This document shows positions 48,037 through 58,602 of a stretch of DNA of 64,000 bases, in pieces. Position 1 is the stretch's first letter; every line of letters starts with the position of its first letter. Made by a program: the position numbers and the translations under genes. The notes under the pieces were generated by a model, which had not been told where the DNA came from, ran no database searches, and worked only from the letters and a program-made list of their open reading frames with translations. The DNA lies in assembly GCA_047284725.1 (NCBI GenBank), contig JBJBEO010000001.1:1720203-1784202 (forward strand). Reading direction: 5' to 3'. This DNA comes from Synechococcus sp. (lineage in GTDB: Bacteria > Cyanobacteriota > Cyanobacteriia > PCC-6307 > Cyanobiaceae).

Positions 48037-49827
48037 ATGCGCCGCCATCCGATGCGCCGCACCCTGCTGCTGGTCCTTGGCATCTGCAGCCTCTGCAGTG
48101 GAGCCACCAACGCTGCCGCGGCCAGCCGCGACGACCCTGAGCACGCCGATCCCAGCAGCAGCCGCGTCTCCACCGCTGCGGGCTCGGCCGTGGTGGTCAC
48201 CGCCCATCCCCATGCCAGCGAAGCGGCCCTGGCGATGCTCGCGGCCGGCGGCCATGCGGTGGATGCCCTGGTGGCCGCCCAGGCGGTGCTTGCGGTGGTG
48301 GAGCCCCAGAGCTCCGGCCTCGGGGGCGGCGGCTTTCTTCTGCACTGGAACGGCACCAACCGGGATCTGGAGGTGCTGGATGGCCGGGAGGTCGCTCCGC
48401 GCAGCAGCAGGCCCGGCGACCTGCTGCAACCCTCCGGATCGCCCCTGCCCTGGCAGCAGGCCACCGGCACCCCCAGGGCGATCGGCATTCCCGGCACCGT
48501 GGCCCTGCTCTGGGAGGCCCATCAACGCCATGGGCGCCTGCACTGGGCCAACACCCTGAAGCCGGCGATCCGGCTGGCCCGCGAGGGCTTCCGCCCGAGC
48601 CCCCGGCTGCGGCGGTCCGCACGCCTGGCCCGGCGCCTCGGGGTGAACCACAGCCCGGCCTTTCAGGCCCTGTATCTGCCCAACGGCCAGCCACCGGATC
48701 CTGATCAACCGTTCCGCAATCCGGCCCTGGCCCGCACCCTGGAGACCCTGGCCAGCGGCGGTGGACCCGCCTTTTACCAGGGCCCCCTGGCCCGGCAGAT
48801 CCTGGAGGAGATGGCCGCCCTGCAGGCCGTCGACCCCAGCTTCCAGGGCTGGAGCCCAGCGGATCTGGCCGACTATGCGGTGGTGGAACGCAGCCCGCTC
48901 TGCAGGGCGCTGCTGAACCACCGGCTGTGCACGGTGCCGCCCCCGAGCAGCGGAGGCCTGGCGGTGCTCCAGACCCTGGCCCTGCTGGAGATGGCCACTC
49001 CCGCGAACACACCAGCCGATGTCGGCGATCCCGAAGCCCCCGGCACCTGGTTGCAACTGGCACGGGCCCAGGCCTGGGCCGATGCGGACCGGCTCTACTG
49101 GGTGCACGACCCCATCGATGGGCCGATCCCCACGGACAGCCTGCTTGATCCCTCCTACTTGAAGGGCCGGGCCATCGCCATGCAGACCGCCACCAGCCAG
49201 CCCCCCGGGCCGGGGCTGCCGCCCGGCCGGCGGACCTATCCCTTCGCCCTGCCGGAACCGGGCCGCGAACAGGGCACCAGCCAGATCACGATCGCCGATG
49301 CCCAGGGGAATCTCGCCAGCTACACCAGCTCCGTGGAAACGGTGTTCGGCAGCCGGCATCTGGTGGCGGGGATGGTGCTGAACAACCAGCTCACCGACTT
49401 CGCCTTCCGGCCCTCGATCGGCGGGAAACCGGTGGCGAACCGGCGCCGACCGGGGCGCAGGCCAATGTCGTCAATGGCCCCGGTGATCGTGTTCCACAAC
49501 GGCCAGCCACTGCTGGCCCTCGGCACACCCGGTGGCCGCAGCATTCCCCACCTGCTCAGCCGGGTGCTGCTGGCCTCCCTGGTCTGGGGGGAGCCGCCCG
49601 GGCGAGCCGTCGCCCTGCCCCACCTCTCGCAGCGCGGCCGCACCCTGGTGCTGGAACAGGAGCCGCCGCTGCCCTGGCCGGTCCCCCTTGAGCAAGTCAG
49701 AGGCAGCGAGGGGGCGAGCAACACCCGGCCGCTCGGCAGCGGCACGGCACTGGTGCAGCGGATCGATGGGCGCTGGCATGGGGCCGCCGATCCCCGGCGT
49801 GAGGGCACAGCCCTGGCCCTGCCATGA
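48037..49827 (+). CDS. ggt: Gamma-glutamyltransferase
   Basis: VVEPQSSGLGGGGF, DGRE, GTSQ nucleophile, NNQLTDF, RPMSSMAP, ADPRREG. Confidence 0.93.
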   Translation: MRRHPMRRTLLLVLGICSLCSGATNAAAASRDDPEHADPSSSRVSTAAGSAVVVTAHPHASEAALAMLAAGGHAVDALVAAQAVLAVVEPQSSGLGGGGFLLHWNGTNRDLEVLDGREVAPRSSRPGDLLQPSGSPLPWQQATGTPRAIGIPGTVALLWEAHQRHGRLHWANTLKPAIRLAREGFRPSPRLRRSARLARRLGVNHSPAFQALYLPNGQPPDPDQPFRNPALARTLETLASGGGPAFYQGPLARQILEEMAALQAVDPSFQGWSPADLADYAVVERSPLCRALLNHRLCTVPPPSSGGLAVLQTLALLEMATPANTPADVGDPEAPGTWLQLARAQAWADADRLYWVHDPIDGPIPTDSLLDPSYLKGRAIAMQTATSQPPGPGLPPGRRTYPFALPEPGREQGTSQITIADAQGNLASYTSSVETVFGSRHLVAGMVLNNQLTDFAFRPSIGGKPVANRRRPGRRPMSSMAPVIVFHNGQPLLALGTPGGRSIPHLLSRVLLASLVWGEPPGRAVALPHLSQRGRTLVLEQEPPLPWPVPLEQVRGSEGASNTRPLGSGTALVQRIDGRWHGAADPRREGTALALP

Positions 49828-51074
49828 GCCTCTCCTGGCTGCAACACCTGTCCATCCGGACCCATCAGCGGCTGCTGCAGGGGCTGGCGCTGGTGCTGCC
49901 CTTTCCCCGATCGGAGCTGCTGATCGGGGCCGGAAGCAGCCAGCGACTGGCCGCCGAGCTGCAGCGTCGCGGCTGGCGCCATCCACTGCTGGTCACCGAT
50001 CGCACCCTGATGCAGCTGGGGCTGCCGCGGCCCCTTCAGGGCGCACTGGCCGCGGCGGGGGTGCCTTGCACCGTGTTCGACCGGGTGCCGGAGAACCCCT
50101 GCCTCACCAGCGTCGAAGCCGGACTGCAGCACTTCAGACGCGAGGGCTGCGACTCCCTGATCGCCGTCGGCGGCGGGTCGGTGATCGACTGCGCCAAGGG
50201 CATCGCGGCACGGGCCGGCAACCCCTGGCTGTCGCTGCAGCGGATGGAGGGCCTGTTCCGGGTGCTGCTGCCGCCCCGTCCGCTGGCCTGCGTTCCCACC
50301 ACCGCCGGTTCCGGCTCCGAGGCCTCGATCGCCGCAGTGTTCACGGATCCGGTGAACCAACGCAAACGGACCATCGCCGACCTCAAGCTGATTCCCCGTG
50401 TCGTCGCCATCGATCCGGATCTGATGCTGGGGCTGCCCCCGGCGGTGACCGCCTCCGGTGGCATGGACGCCCTCACCCATGCGGTGGAGTCCTACATCGG
50501 TTGCAGCGGCACCCCCTTCAGCCGTCGCAAGGCCCTCTCGGCCCTGGGCCGCATCGCCGTCTGGCTGCCCCATGCCTACCGGCAGGGAGACAACCTGGAG
50601 GCTCGACTGCAGATGGCCCTGGCGGCCCATGAGGCGGGCCAGGCCTTCACCCGCACCAACGTGGGCTACGCCCATGCCATCGCCCATGCGCTCGGTTGCG
50701 TCTACGGCATTCCCCACGGTCTCGCCAATGCCATGGTGCTGCCGGCGGTGCTGCGCTGGTCGAAGCCGGCCTGTGAAGCGAAGCTCGCTTCTCTGGCCCG
50801 GGCCATCGGCCTGGAGGTCGAGGCCCCCAGCGATGCGGCGCTGGCGGAGCGGTTCATCGCCTGGGTGGATGATCTGAACCGGCAGCTGGGCATCCCGACC
50901 ACCGTGGCGCCACTGCGCAGCGACGCCATCCCGGCGATCGCCCTTGCTGTTCTCCGCGAAGCCCATCCCGACTATCCGGTGCCGCGCCTGATGGATCAGG
51001 CCGACTGCGCCGCGCTGCTGCGGCGGTTGCAGGCCAGGGACGCCATCATCAACCCCTCCACCGGCCAGCCCTGA
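49824..51074 (+). CDS. Iron-containing alcohol dehydrogenase
   Basis: GGGSVIDCAK, PTTAGSGSE, DALTHAVE, HAIAH, HGLAN. Confidence 0.93.
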   Translation: MSLSWLQHLSIRTHQRLLQGLALVLPFPRSELLIGAGSSQRLAAELQRRGWRHPLLVTDRTLMQLGLPRPLQGALAAAGVPCTVFDRVPENPCLTSVEAGLQHFRREGCDSLIAVGGGSVIDCAKGIAARAGNPWLSLQRMEGLFRVLLPPRPLACVPTTAGSGSEASIAAVFTDPVNQRKRTIADLKLIPRVVAIDPDLMLGLPPAVTASGGMDALTHAVESYIGCSGTPFSRRKALSALGRIAVWLPHAYRQGDNLEARLQMALAAHEAGQAFTRTNVGYAHAIAHALGCVYGIPHGLANAMVLPAVLRWSKPACEAKLASLARAIGLEVEAPSDAALAERFIAWVDDLNRQLGIPTTVAPLRSDAIPAIALAVLREAHPDYPVPRLMDQADCAALLRRLQARDAIINPSTGQP

Positions 51075-51913
51075 TGGCACCAGCCACCGACTCCACGCCC
51101 CCTCTGCTGCTGATCCACCCCATCGGCGTGGGCCTCTCCTCCCGCTTCTGGGACCGGTTCATCCGGCGCTGGCACCAGGAGGATCCGGAGGCCGTGCTGC
51201 TGGCACCGGATCTGATCGGCTGCGGTGACGCCGCCTGCAGCACGGATCCACTCACGCCCGACGACTGGGCGACACCGCTGGCGGCCCTGCTGCGGGAGCG
51301 CAACGGCGACCCTGTGGTGCTCGTCAGCCAGGGCACCTCGCTGCCGATCGCCCTGGCCCTGCTGGAGCTGGTGCCTGAGCAGGTGTGCGGACTGGTGGCG
51401 GTCAGTCCACCGGGATGGCGGGTGCTGCATGAGACCTTTCCGCTCGAGCGATCACGTCGGCTCTGGCGCTGGCTGTTCAGCGGCCCGATCGGGGCCCTCT
51501 TCTATCGCTATGCGCGGCGGCGCAGCTTCCTGCAGTCCTTCTCCCGCAAGAACCTGTTTGCCGAAGCGGAGGGCGTCGATGAGGAGTGGCTGCAGACCCT
51601 GCGCGAGGGGTCGCGGGCGATGAACACCCGCTGGGCCGTGTTCTCCTTCCTGGCGGGCTTCTGGCGGCGCGACTGGGAACCCCAGCTCACCGGCCTGACC
51701 CTGCCGTTGCAGGTGGTGTTCGGACGCTCGGCCACGGGCATCGGCCGGTCCCGCAGCTGGGACGATCTCGACGAACGTCTCGCCACTTACCGCCAGAAGC
51801 TGCCGGATGCGGTGATCGACACCATCCCCGGCCGCAACGTGCTGCCCTACGAATCCGCCGATGCCTGCGTCAGCTGCGTGCGCCGCTGGGTCACGGAGCA
51901 GCCGTGGCCTTGA
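51074..51913 (+). CDS. Alpha/beta hydrolase fold protein
   Basis: IHPIGVGLS, PDLIGCG, GRNVLPYE. Confidence 0.85.
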   Translation: MAPATDSTPPLLLIHPIGVGLSSRFWDRFIRRWHQEDPEAVLLAPDLIGCGDAACSTDPLTPDDWATPLAALLRERNGDPVVLVSQGTSLPIALALLELVPEQVCGLVAVSPPGWRVLHETFPLERSRRLWRWLFSGPIGALFYRYARRRSFLQSFSRKNLFAEAEGVDEEWLQTLREGSRAMNTRWAVFSFLAGFWRRDWEPQLTGLTLPLQVVFGRSATGIGRSRSWDDLDERLATYRQKLPDAVIDTIPGRNVLPYESADACVSCVRRWVTEQPWP

Positions 51914-53291
51914 GCGTCTCCACCTGCAGCTGCACAGGGGTGGTGGGCCCCAGGGTGAAGCCACGCCGACGCGGCAGATTCTCACGGTCGCTGGCCGGGG
52001 TGAGTCGATAGCTGCCCGCGCGCAGGAGGCTCGCCAGGATCAGCTTCATCTCATAAACGGCCAGAGCCGCGCCGATGCAGCGCCTGGAGCCGCCCCCGAA
52101 GCTCAGGAACTCATGGGCGCCGAAGTTGCGCTCCAGGAAACGGTCGGGATTGAAGCGCAGCGGGTCGGGGTACAGGTCACCGCGCTCATGCAGGGACTGA
52201 ATCGAGACCATCAGCACGTCGCCGGGATCGAAGGCAAAGCCCCCCAGCGTGACGGGGGCTTTCACCCGACGCGGAAACATCAGCATCGCCACCGGATGAA
52301 TCCGCAGCACCTCATTCACCACCGCTGAGAGATAGGGCAGGCGGGCGATCGCATCGGGATCGGCGGGGTCGGGCAGGGTGTTGAGCTCCTCCAGCAGACG
52401 CTCCCGCACCGCGGGCGTGCGGTGCAACCAGTGAAGCGCCCAGGTCAACGCCGTAGCCGTGGTCTCATGGCCGGCGAACAGCAGGGTGAGCAGTTCGTCG
52501 TGCAGCTCGTCATCGCTCAATCCCTCACCCTGGTCATCGGTGCAGGCCAGCAGCAGGCTGAGGATGTCGGCCGAGCGCTCCTCAGCGCAGGCGCGCTCCA
52601 CCTCGGCCCGACGCGCGGCGATCTGCGCCAGCAGCTGCCGACGGGTGGAGGCATCCAAGGCCCTGAGCCGTCCCCCCGGACTCCAGGGCCCCAGATCCCT
52701 TCTCAGGAATGGGAAGAACAACAGCAGGGAGCCCAACCGGCTGGAACGGATGTCCATCCCTTCGTGCAGCGAGCGCTCCAGCCGGCGCATCGCCTCCCCT
52801 TCATGCAGCCCGAACACGGCGGTGAGAATCACCCGCATGGTGATGCTCTGCATTCGCGTGCGTGCATCAAAGGCATCCCCCGGCTGCAGGTCGGCCATCG
52901 CCTGCTCCGCCAGCGCCGTGATCAGGCGACCGAAGGCCTTGAGCCGTTCGCCATGGAACGGCGGCGTGAGCAGCTTGCGGCGCTGGCGATGGGGCGCGGG
53001 CTCCAGCAGGATGATCGAGTGCTTGCCCAGCACCTGCGACAGCAAACCATTGAGACTCCCTGGCGCACTGATGGCCGGGCCGCCATCCTCATTGATCAGA
53101 TCCTTGATCACCGCCGGATCGCTGATCAGCACCTGCTGGGGGGGCAGCGTCGGAGACATCCGCACCCGCACCACCCCCGGATGCTGACGGAAACAACGGC
53201 GGTAGTAGGCGATCGGCCGCAGGATCACCTCCAGCATCTGCCAATGCGGTGCCAGCGACAGCTCCGGAATCCGCTTGGCGTCAGCGTGCAT
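51891..53291 (-). CDS. Cytochrome P450
   Basis: AGHETT, EVLR, FNPDRF, FGGGSRRCIG. Confidence 0.95.
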   Translation of the reverse strand: MHADAKRIPELSLAPHWQMLEVILRPIAYYRRCFRQHPGVVRVRMSPTLPPQQVLISDPAVIKDLINEDGGPAISAPGSLNGLLSQVLGKHSIILLEPAPHRQRRKLLTPPFHGERLKAFGRLITALAEQAMADLQPGDAFDARTRMQSITMRVILTAVFGLHEGEAMRRLERSLHEGMDIRSSRLGSLLLFFPFLRRDLGPWSPGGRLRALDASTRRQLLAQIAARRAEVERACAEERSADILSLLLACTDDQGEGLSDDELHDELLTLLFAGHETTATALTWALHWLHRTPAVRERLLEELNTLPDPADPDAIARLPYLSAVVNEVLRIHPVAMLMFPRRVKAPVTLGGFAFDPGDVLMVSIQSLHERGDLYPDPLRFNPDRFLERNFGAHEFLSFGGGSRRCIGAALAVYEMKLILASLLRAGSYRLTPASDRENLPRRRGFTLGPTTPVQLQVETLKATAAP

Positions 53292-53343
53292 CGATCTCAA
53301 GAACAACCCCGAAAAAGCCTAAGGACCACAGCCGGGCAGTGAT

Positions 53344-53823
53344 TCAATAACGGGCCCCATCTCGCAACAGGCGGAAGTCAGTCCACACTGCACAGGCTTC
53401 ATCCTGAAGAATCTGGGTGAGCTGAATCTGCCGTTGATCGCCTGGTTGCTGCAGGTCGTCGTTGATCGCCTGATCCGAAAACAGATCGGCATAGTCCGAC
53501 CAGGCCGCTGCATAGAACACGCTGCGGATCCCTGCCCAGTAGGCAGCGGAATAACACATCGGGCAGCATTCACAGCTGGAATACAGCACGCAACCGCTCA
53601 GATCCCACGTGCCCAGAACGTTGCAGGCGGCACGGATCGCATTGATCTCGGCGTGGGCCGTGGGATCGCGATCCTGCACCACGCTGTTGCCGGCCGCGGC
53701 CACCACCTGGCCGTCCCTGGCGATCACGGCACCGAAGGGGCCTCCTGTTTTGTGCACCACGCCTGCCTCACGCATCAGACGGATGGCTTCCCGCATCAGA
53801 CGCCGATCCTGCTTGGATGCCAT
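53344..53823 (-). CDS. Guanine/nucleoside deaminase (cytidine-deaminase fold)
   Basis: GGPFGAV, HAE, CECCPMC. Confidence 0.9.
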   Translation of the reverse strand: MASKQDRRLMREAIRLMREAGVVHKTGGPFGAVIARDGQVVAAAGNSVVQDRDPTAHAEINAIRAACNVLGTWDLSGCVLYSSCECCPMCYSAAYWAGIRSVFYAAAWSDYADLFSDQAINDDLQQPGDQRQIQLTQILQDEACAVWTDFRLLRDGARY

Positions 53824-54177
53824 CGATCCGCCCTCTGGCTCACGCACCATCGTGCCGAGATCGGCAGGAGAGAACAACACAATCGCCCTCCAATCGATGC
53901 AGGCCTGTTGAGCACTTTTGCTCAAGTCAGTGCCAGGCCACCACGACTAGACAGTGATCGCGGTGTGGGTGGCATCAAGACACAGCCCCTTTGCCGCCTG
54001 CGGAGCCATCAATCCAAGCGCTCCGCGTCAGGTCACCTTGTCCCCGACGCTTCTCCAGACCGGGGCGGTGACCCCTGGCCAGTCACCGGGGAATTCTTCA
54101 CTTGCGTTTCCCATAGCTCGCGGTTCCACAACTTTCTGGCGTGTTAATTCACAACTCACGATGTAGGCCCACTCCCC

Positions 54178-54354
54178 ATGCAGAACAGCTCTTCTCACTG
54201 CAGACCATCCACGATTGAAGCGCTCGGGGATTCGCACTTCCGTGTCTGCGGAGAACAAGGCTGCGTGATTGTGAAGGGGTGGAACAATGCTCAGTATCTG
54301 AGCCGCCATGCCAACGATGGGGCCCTGCAAAGTCGCTACCGATTTGAAGATTGA
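54178..54354 (+). CDS. Small hypothetical protein (58 aa)
   Basis: Translated by hand: MQNSSSHCRPSTIEALGDSHFRVCGEQGCVIVKGWNNAQYL... Confidence 0.45.
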   Translation: MQNSSSHCRPSTIEALGDSHFRVCGEQGCVIVKGWNNAQYLSRHANDGALQSRYRFED

Positions 54355-54425
54355 GGGGCTGGCAAGGGCCGCAATCATGCACGATTCGGACCAACGCCAC
54401 CAGCCTGATCGACAACAGTGGGTGA

Positions 54426-54695
54426 ATGCGTCCTCGACCGCCTAGCACTGCATATCGCCAGACGGACGTTCCCACTGGGGGCTGGCTGGTGAATGGCAGA
54501 AGTCGGGAACTGCTGCACTTCAAGCCTGTGCACAACGGCAGCTGCGACTGGATCGAGCTGCGCTGTTTCCACTGGGTTCCTCCCCATCCACCCGTTCCCC
54601 AGAACCGCCGTCTGATCTCACTCGAAGACGCCATGGAGCACTGGAGTCAACTCCGCTCCCGTGGCTGGCGAAGGGTGCAGCCGAGCACGTTTTGA
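54426..54695 (+). CDS. DUF1651-like protein
   Basis: GWLVN...F.P; RRLISLEDAMEHWSQLRSRGWRRVQP. Confidence 0.7.
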   Translation: MRPRPPSTAYRQTDVPTGGWLVNGRSRELLHFKPVHNGSCDWIELRCFHWVPPHPPVPQNRRLISLEDAMEHWSQLRSRGWRRVQPSTF

Positions 54696-54815
54696 GCCGC
54701 TCACCAGCAAGACACAACGATCTGCCATTGCTGACAACCGCCCGCTTTCGTACCAAACAACACGCAGGTAGCCAGTCAGGGTTCGCCAGGGTGCGGCCAC
54801 CTGACCGTTGCACCG

Positions 54816-55232
54816 ATGTCGATCCATCGAACCGTTGAAATTCTTCCCCGTTCGGGCCTCCAGGCCGGCGTCGCCTTTTTCAGCGACCCCCTGCCAAGCG
54901 ATGCAACGCTCATCGCCGAAGTCCCCTCATCAGACCGTCCCCAACTGTTCTGCCACCGCCGACAGACCGATCAATTGATGGTGATGCGCGGCAGCTTCGA
55001 TCTGATCGTGTTGCAGAACCGCCGCTTACGCCGCATCACCCTGCGGGAAGACGACGCCACCTGGGTCCGCATTCCCGCAGGGGTTCCCCATGGTGCGATC
55101 AACCGCAGCTGCCAGGCGGCCGTGATGGTGAATGCGGTCCTGCGCCACGGACCGAGCGATCCGCGCGACTACCTGCCGCGCCCCGTGCCCCAGGCCCTTC
55201 GCCAGCAGTGGGATGCCTTGATCGCGAGCTAG
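54816..55232 (+). CDS. Cupin (RmlC/WxcM-like) protein
   Basis: HRRQTDQL; RIPAGVPHGAIN. Confidence 0.8.
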   Translation: MSIHRTVEILPRSGLQAGVAFFSDPLPSDATLIAEVPSSDRPQLFCHRRQTDQLMVMRGSFDLIVLQNRRLRRITLREDDATWVRIPAGVPHGAINRSCQAAVMVNAVLRHGPSDPRDYLPRPVPQALRQQWDALIAS

Positions 55233-55365
55233 GACACCGCACCAACAGCCATGGCCTGGCGCCCCCCGGTCAGCGACCACTGACGTGGCAGCGCTGAAAC
55301 GGTAGGCATCGCTGCACACGATCCAACGCCGGAATCGTTACAACATGTGCAGTTGAAAGGCGGTT

Positions 55366-56214
55366 ATGGCGGTTTATGGGGTAATCGGCTGCGGCTACGT
55401 CGGCAGCGACGTGGCCGTGAGATTCCGCCATGCAGGGCATCACGTGATCGGAACCACCCGCTCCCGGGAGCGCATGGACGAACTCCAGGACCTGGTGCAC
55501 GAAGCGCATCAACTGGACATCACGGATGCCGAGGCGGATCTCTCCTTTCTCGAACATCTCGATGGGCTGCTGATCAGCGCAGCCCCCACCCAGCAGAGCG
55601 AGGGCTACAACGGCGTCTTCGCCCGCGGACTTCGCAACCTCAGCCGTGCCCTGCGCTGCCGCCGCAGCACCAGAGACCTGCACGTGACCCTGATCAGCAG
55701 CGCCGGCGTCTATGGCAACCAGCAGGGCAACGGCGTGGATGAAGACTCCACCCCCGACCACAGCCATCCGGTCAATGCCCTGCTGGCCTCCGCGGAGGAC
55801 CTGCTGCTGAACATCGACCGACCAGACACGAAGGTCTGCATCCTGCGCCTGGGCGGCATCTATGGACCGGGACGCGACATGGTGGCGATGATTCGGCGCG
55901 CCGCAGGCCAGCAGGTCCCCAAGAACGGCAATGCCATTCCTGCCTGGAGCTCCATCATCGACATCACCCGCGGGGTGCACTTCGCCTTTGATCAAGGCCT
56001 CGAGGGCATCTACAACCTGGTCGACGACATGCAGCTCTCCCGCCGCGAACTGTCAACGGTGATCTGTGATCGCGAGGGGCTGCCTCCTGTGCTGTGGGGC
56101 CACCACGAACCGGCAGGCGCTCGCATGATGAATGCCCGGGTGTCGAACGCGAAGATCAAAGCCGCCGGCTTCAGCTTCGAGTCGCCCTCTATGCTGGTGC
56201 CGGAATCGGTGTAA
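55366..56214 (+). CDS. NAD-dependent epimerase/atypical SDR
   Basis: GCGYVG, SSAGVYG, LRLGGIYGPGR. Confidence 0.9.
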   Translation: MAVYGVIGCGYVGSDVAVRFRHAGHHVIGTTRSRERMDELQDLVHEAHQLDITDAEADLSFLEHLDGLLISAAPTQQSEGYNGVFARGLRNLSRALRCRRSTRDLHVTLISSAGVYGNQQGNGVDEDSTPDHSHPVNALLASAEDLLLNIDRPDTKVCILRLGGIYGPGRDMVAMIRRAAGQQVPKNGNAIPAWSSIIDITRGVHFAFDQGLEGIYNLVDDMQLSRRELSTVICDREGLPPVLWGHHEPAGARMMNARVSNAKIKAAGFSFESPSMLVPESV

Positions 56215-56481
56215 GCCCATGTGAGCATCCGGTCGCCGCAGACTCAGGATGGCTTCATGCCCTGAATAGCTACCATTTTCAGCAGGGAAATCTGTCGATC
56301 CAATTCGAACAGATCAAGCGTCAGCCACCAATAATCTCACTGGAATCCGGCGAAGTCGTTACCAAAATAGTGCCGCTGCCTTAGAGAATCTTAACAAGAT
56401 CTTGGACGAGCAATAACTTATATTTCCGCCCCGAATTGGACCTTCATTAATGCATAAGGTTCGAAAAACAGATGGGCATAC

Positions 56482-57222
56482 GTGAAGCCAGCCAGCATTC
56501 CCGAGAATGAATCTGAGCGACTGAAAGCCCTCAGCGAATACAAGATCCTGGGCACCAAGCCCGAGCAGTCATACGACGACATCACCTCGATGGCTTCCCT
56601 GGTCTGTGGCACCCCCATCGCCCTGCTCAGCCTGGTGGACGTTGATCGGCAATGGTTCAAATCAAAAGTGGGCGTGACCGTGGATGAAACGCCGAGGGAT
56701 TGGTCGTTTTGCGCCCATGCGATTCACGCCCCTGACCCCCTGATCGTCCACGATGCCCTCTGGGATGAACGCTTCCACGACAACCCACTGGTGTGCGGTG
56801 ATCCGAAGATTCGCTTCTATGCAGGTTTCCCGCTGACCAATGGAGCCGAGGAGCGCATCGGCACCCTCTGCGTGATTGATCGCCAACCCAAGCATCTCTC
56901 AGAGACGCAGGTAACCATCATGTCCTCCCTCACCCGCCAGGTGATGGCGTTTCTTGATCTGAGGAAACGGTCGCTCCACCTTCTGGAATCGTTCTGCTCT
57001 CTGGACAAACCCCCAGGGATGATTTCCACCTGCAGCTACTGCCGCAAAGCCAGAAATGATCGAGGCCAGTGGGTGTTTCTTGATCAATACCTGAGCCAGC
57101 ACAGTGATCTGCACTTCTCCCATGGCATCTGCGATGGCTGCATCGAAGAGCATTTCCCTGAAGTCGTGAATGCTTGGCAGGCGGAGGAACAGGCGCATCG
57201 TCATGCCCACCAACCGGGTTGA
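56482..57222 (+). CDS. GAF domain protein with C-terminal Cys-rich tail
   Basis: ERLKAL, RQWFKS, SFCAHAI, IRFYAG, GTLCVID; CSYCRK...SHGICDGC. Confidence 0.9.
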   Translation: MKPASIPENESERLKALSEYKILGTKPEQSYDDITSMASLVCGTPIALLSLVDVDRQWFKSKVGVTVDETPRDWSFCAHAIHAPDPLIVHDALWDERFHDNPLVCGDPKIRFYAGFPLTNGAEERIGTLCVIDRQPKHLSETQVTIMSSLTRQVMAFLDLRKRSLHLLESFCSLDKPPGMISTCSYCRKARNDRGQWVFLDQYLSQHSDLHFSHGICDGCIEEHFPEVVNAWQAEEQAHRHAHQPG

Positions 57223-57236
57223 CCGGTGGAGTCCGG

Positions 57237-57404
57237 CTAGAAACCGCCCAGGGAGATCGACATCTGCAGGCTTGTGAACCCGACCAGAAACACGGCCCCC
57301 AGAAGCACCAGTTCCTGCCGGCTGTTCGCCATCAACAACACGGCTGCCCCGACCACCAGGGCCCCAAAAAACACGAATGGGATCTGCAGCTCGATCGCGA
57401 TCAC
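57237..57404 (-). CDS. Small 2-TM protein (55 aa)
   Basis: Translated by hand: MIAIELQIPFVFFGALVVGAAVLLMANSRQELVLLGAVFLVGFTSLQMSISLGGF*. Confidence 0.55.
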   Translation of the reverse strand: MIAIELQIPFVFFGALVVGAAVLLMANSRQELVLLGAVFLVGFTSLQMSISLGGF

Positions 57405-57434
57405 CTAGTGCCTGGCACCACCCTGACATGGCTT

Positions 57435-57466
57435 TGTTACGCAAATGTCATGACATCTGCGTAACA
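57435..57466. promoter_or_regulatory. 32-bp near-perfect palindrome
   Basis: TGTTACGCAAATGTCA|TGACATCTGCGTAACA, one mismatch. Confidence 0.5.
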
Positions 57467-57489
57467 GCAGGCATTCCGGCGCCATCACT

Positions 57490-58488
57490 TCAAGTTTCTT
57501 TACGCCCCCGCGGCGAAACGGGGCCGCTGCAGCGGTCGATCAGCATCTCCGACAGACGCCACAACGCAGCAGCCTGATCAACATCGGCACCGTCTGGGCT
57601 GGTGGCCCGCGCCTCAAAGCGGTGCACACCCGGACGCACCAGACGATTGCTGAAGTACATGAAGCCAGGGCTGGCAAAGGCCGCCTCCACCGCAAGCTCC
57701 GCCAGCAGCCGCCCGGCCGTCTGTACCGATTCGGTCAGCCGCAGCAGGTCGCGAGCCACGGCGGCGAACAGCGCCATGCCCACCGGATTGCTCTGGCGGC
57801 TGTAGCGGAAGAATCCCTCACGGCACCGGGGAATCACGAGGCCCGGGCTCCAGGCGATCACCGGCATGGCCCCCTCCAGTTGGCGGGCAAGCGCACGGCC
57901 CAGCAGCACGTTGCAGAGCTTGCTGTCCTTGTAGGCCTTGTCGCCGTCAAAACGAGCACTGCCATCCAGCATCACAAAGCCAGCACCGGAGCGCAGCCCC
58001 GCCAGATCGCCCAGGTGAGCCGGCTGGCCGACCCGGCCACCGCCCGTGGCGGGGTCGTGCACATCCGATGCCGTGATCACCAGCCGAGGCTGCTCGCCGG
58101 CCTGCAACAACGGCAGCAGTCGGGTGGCGATCAACTGATGGGCTAGCTGATTCACCGCAAACGTGATCTCGATCCCCTGGGGGGAGAACACAGGCTCCGC
58201 AGCGCCAGCGCGCTGCTGACCGGCATTGAGCACGAGTGCATCGAACGGTTGGCCCTGCACCAACAACTGCTGGCAGCCGCGCTCCACACTCGCCAGATCC
58301 GCCAGGTCCATGGCGATGCAAACGATCTGGCTGGAATCGACGGCCGCAGAAAGCAACTGCTGGCGCATCTGTTCGCATCGTTCCTCCGACCGGCAGACCA
58401 AGGTGAGCTGATGGCCAGCGGTGGCCAGCAAGCGCGCCGCCTCGAGGCCGATGCCCGAACTGGCGCCGGTGATCAGAAGCCGCTTCAT
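57490..58488 (-). CDS. SDR oxidoreductase (protochlorophyllide reductase-like)
   Basis: TGASSGIG, NAG, YKDSKLCN. Confidence 0.9.
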   Translation of the reverse strand: MKRLLITGASSGIGLEAARLLATAGHQLTLVCRSEERCEQMRQQLLSAAVDSSQIVCIAMDLADLASVERGCQQLLVQGQPFDALVLNAGQQRAGAAEPVFSPQGIEITFAVNQLAHQLIATRLLPLLQAGEQPRLVITASDVHDPATGGGRVGQPAHLGDLAGLRSGAGFVMLDGSARFDGDKAYKDSKLCNVLLGRALARQLEGAMPVIAWSPGLVIPRCREGFFRYSRQSNPVGMALFAAVARDLLRLTESVQTAGRLLAELAVEAAFASPGFMYFSNRLVRPGVHRFEARATSPDGADVDQAAALWRLSEMLIDRCSGPVSPRGRKET

Positions 58489-58602
58489 GACCACAGAGGA
58501 TCCAGTGCCACGACTGTGACAGCTCCGCGGAGCCTGGTGCGAGGTAGACACCGGCACAACCAGGGCGCGATAGCTACCAAGTCAATAAGCTCACCTGCGC
58601 CC

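Noticed and set aside
53824..54150. Purine or guanidine riboswitch upstream of the deaminase
   Set aside because: Hairpins are present but I recognised no aptamer consensus.
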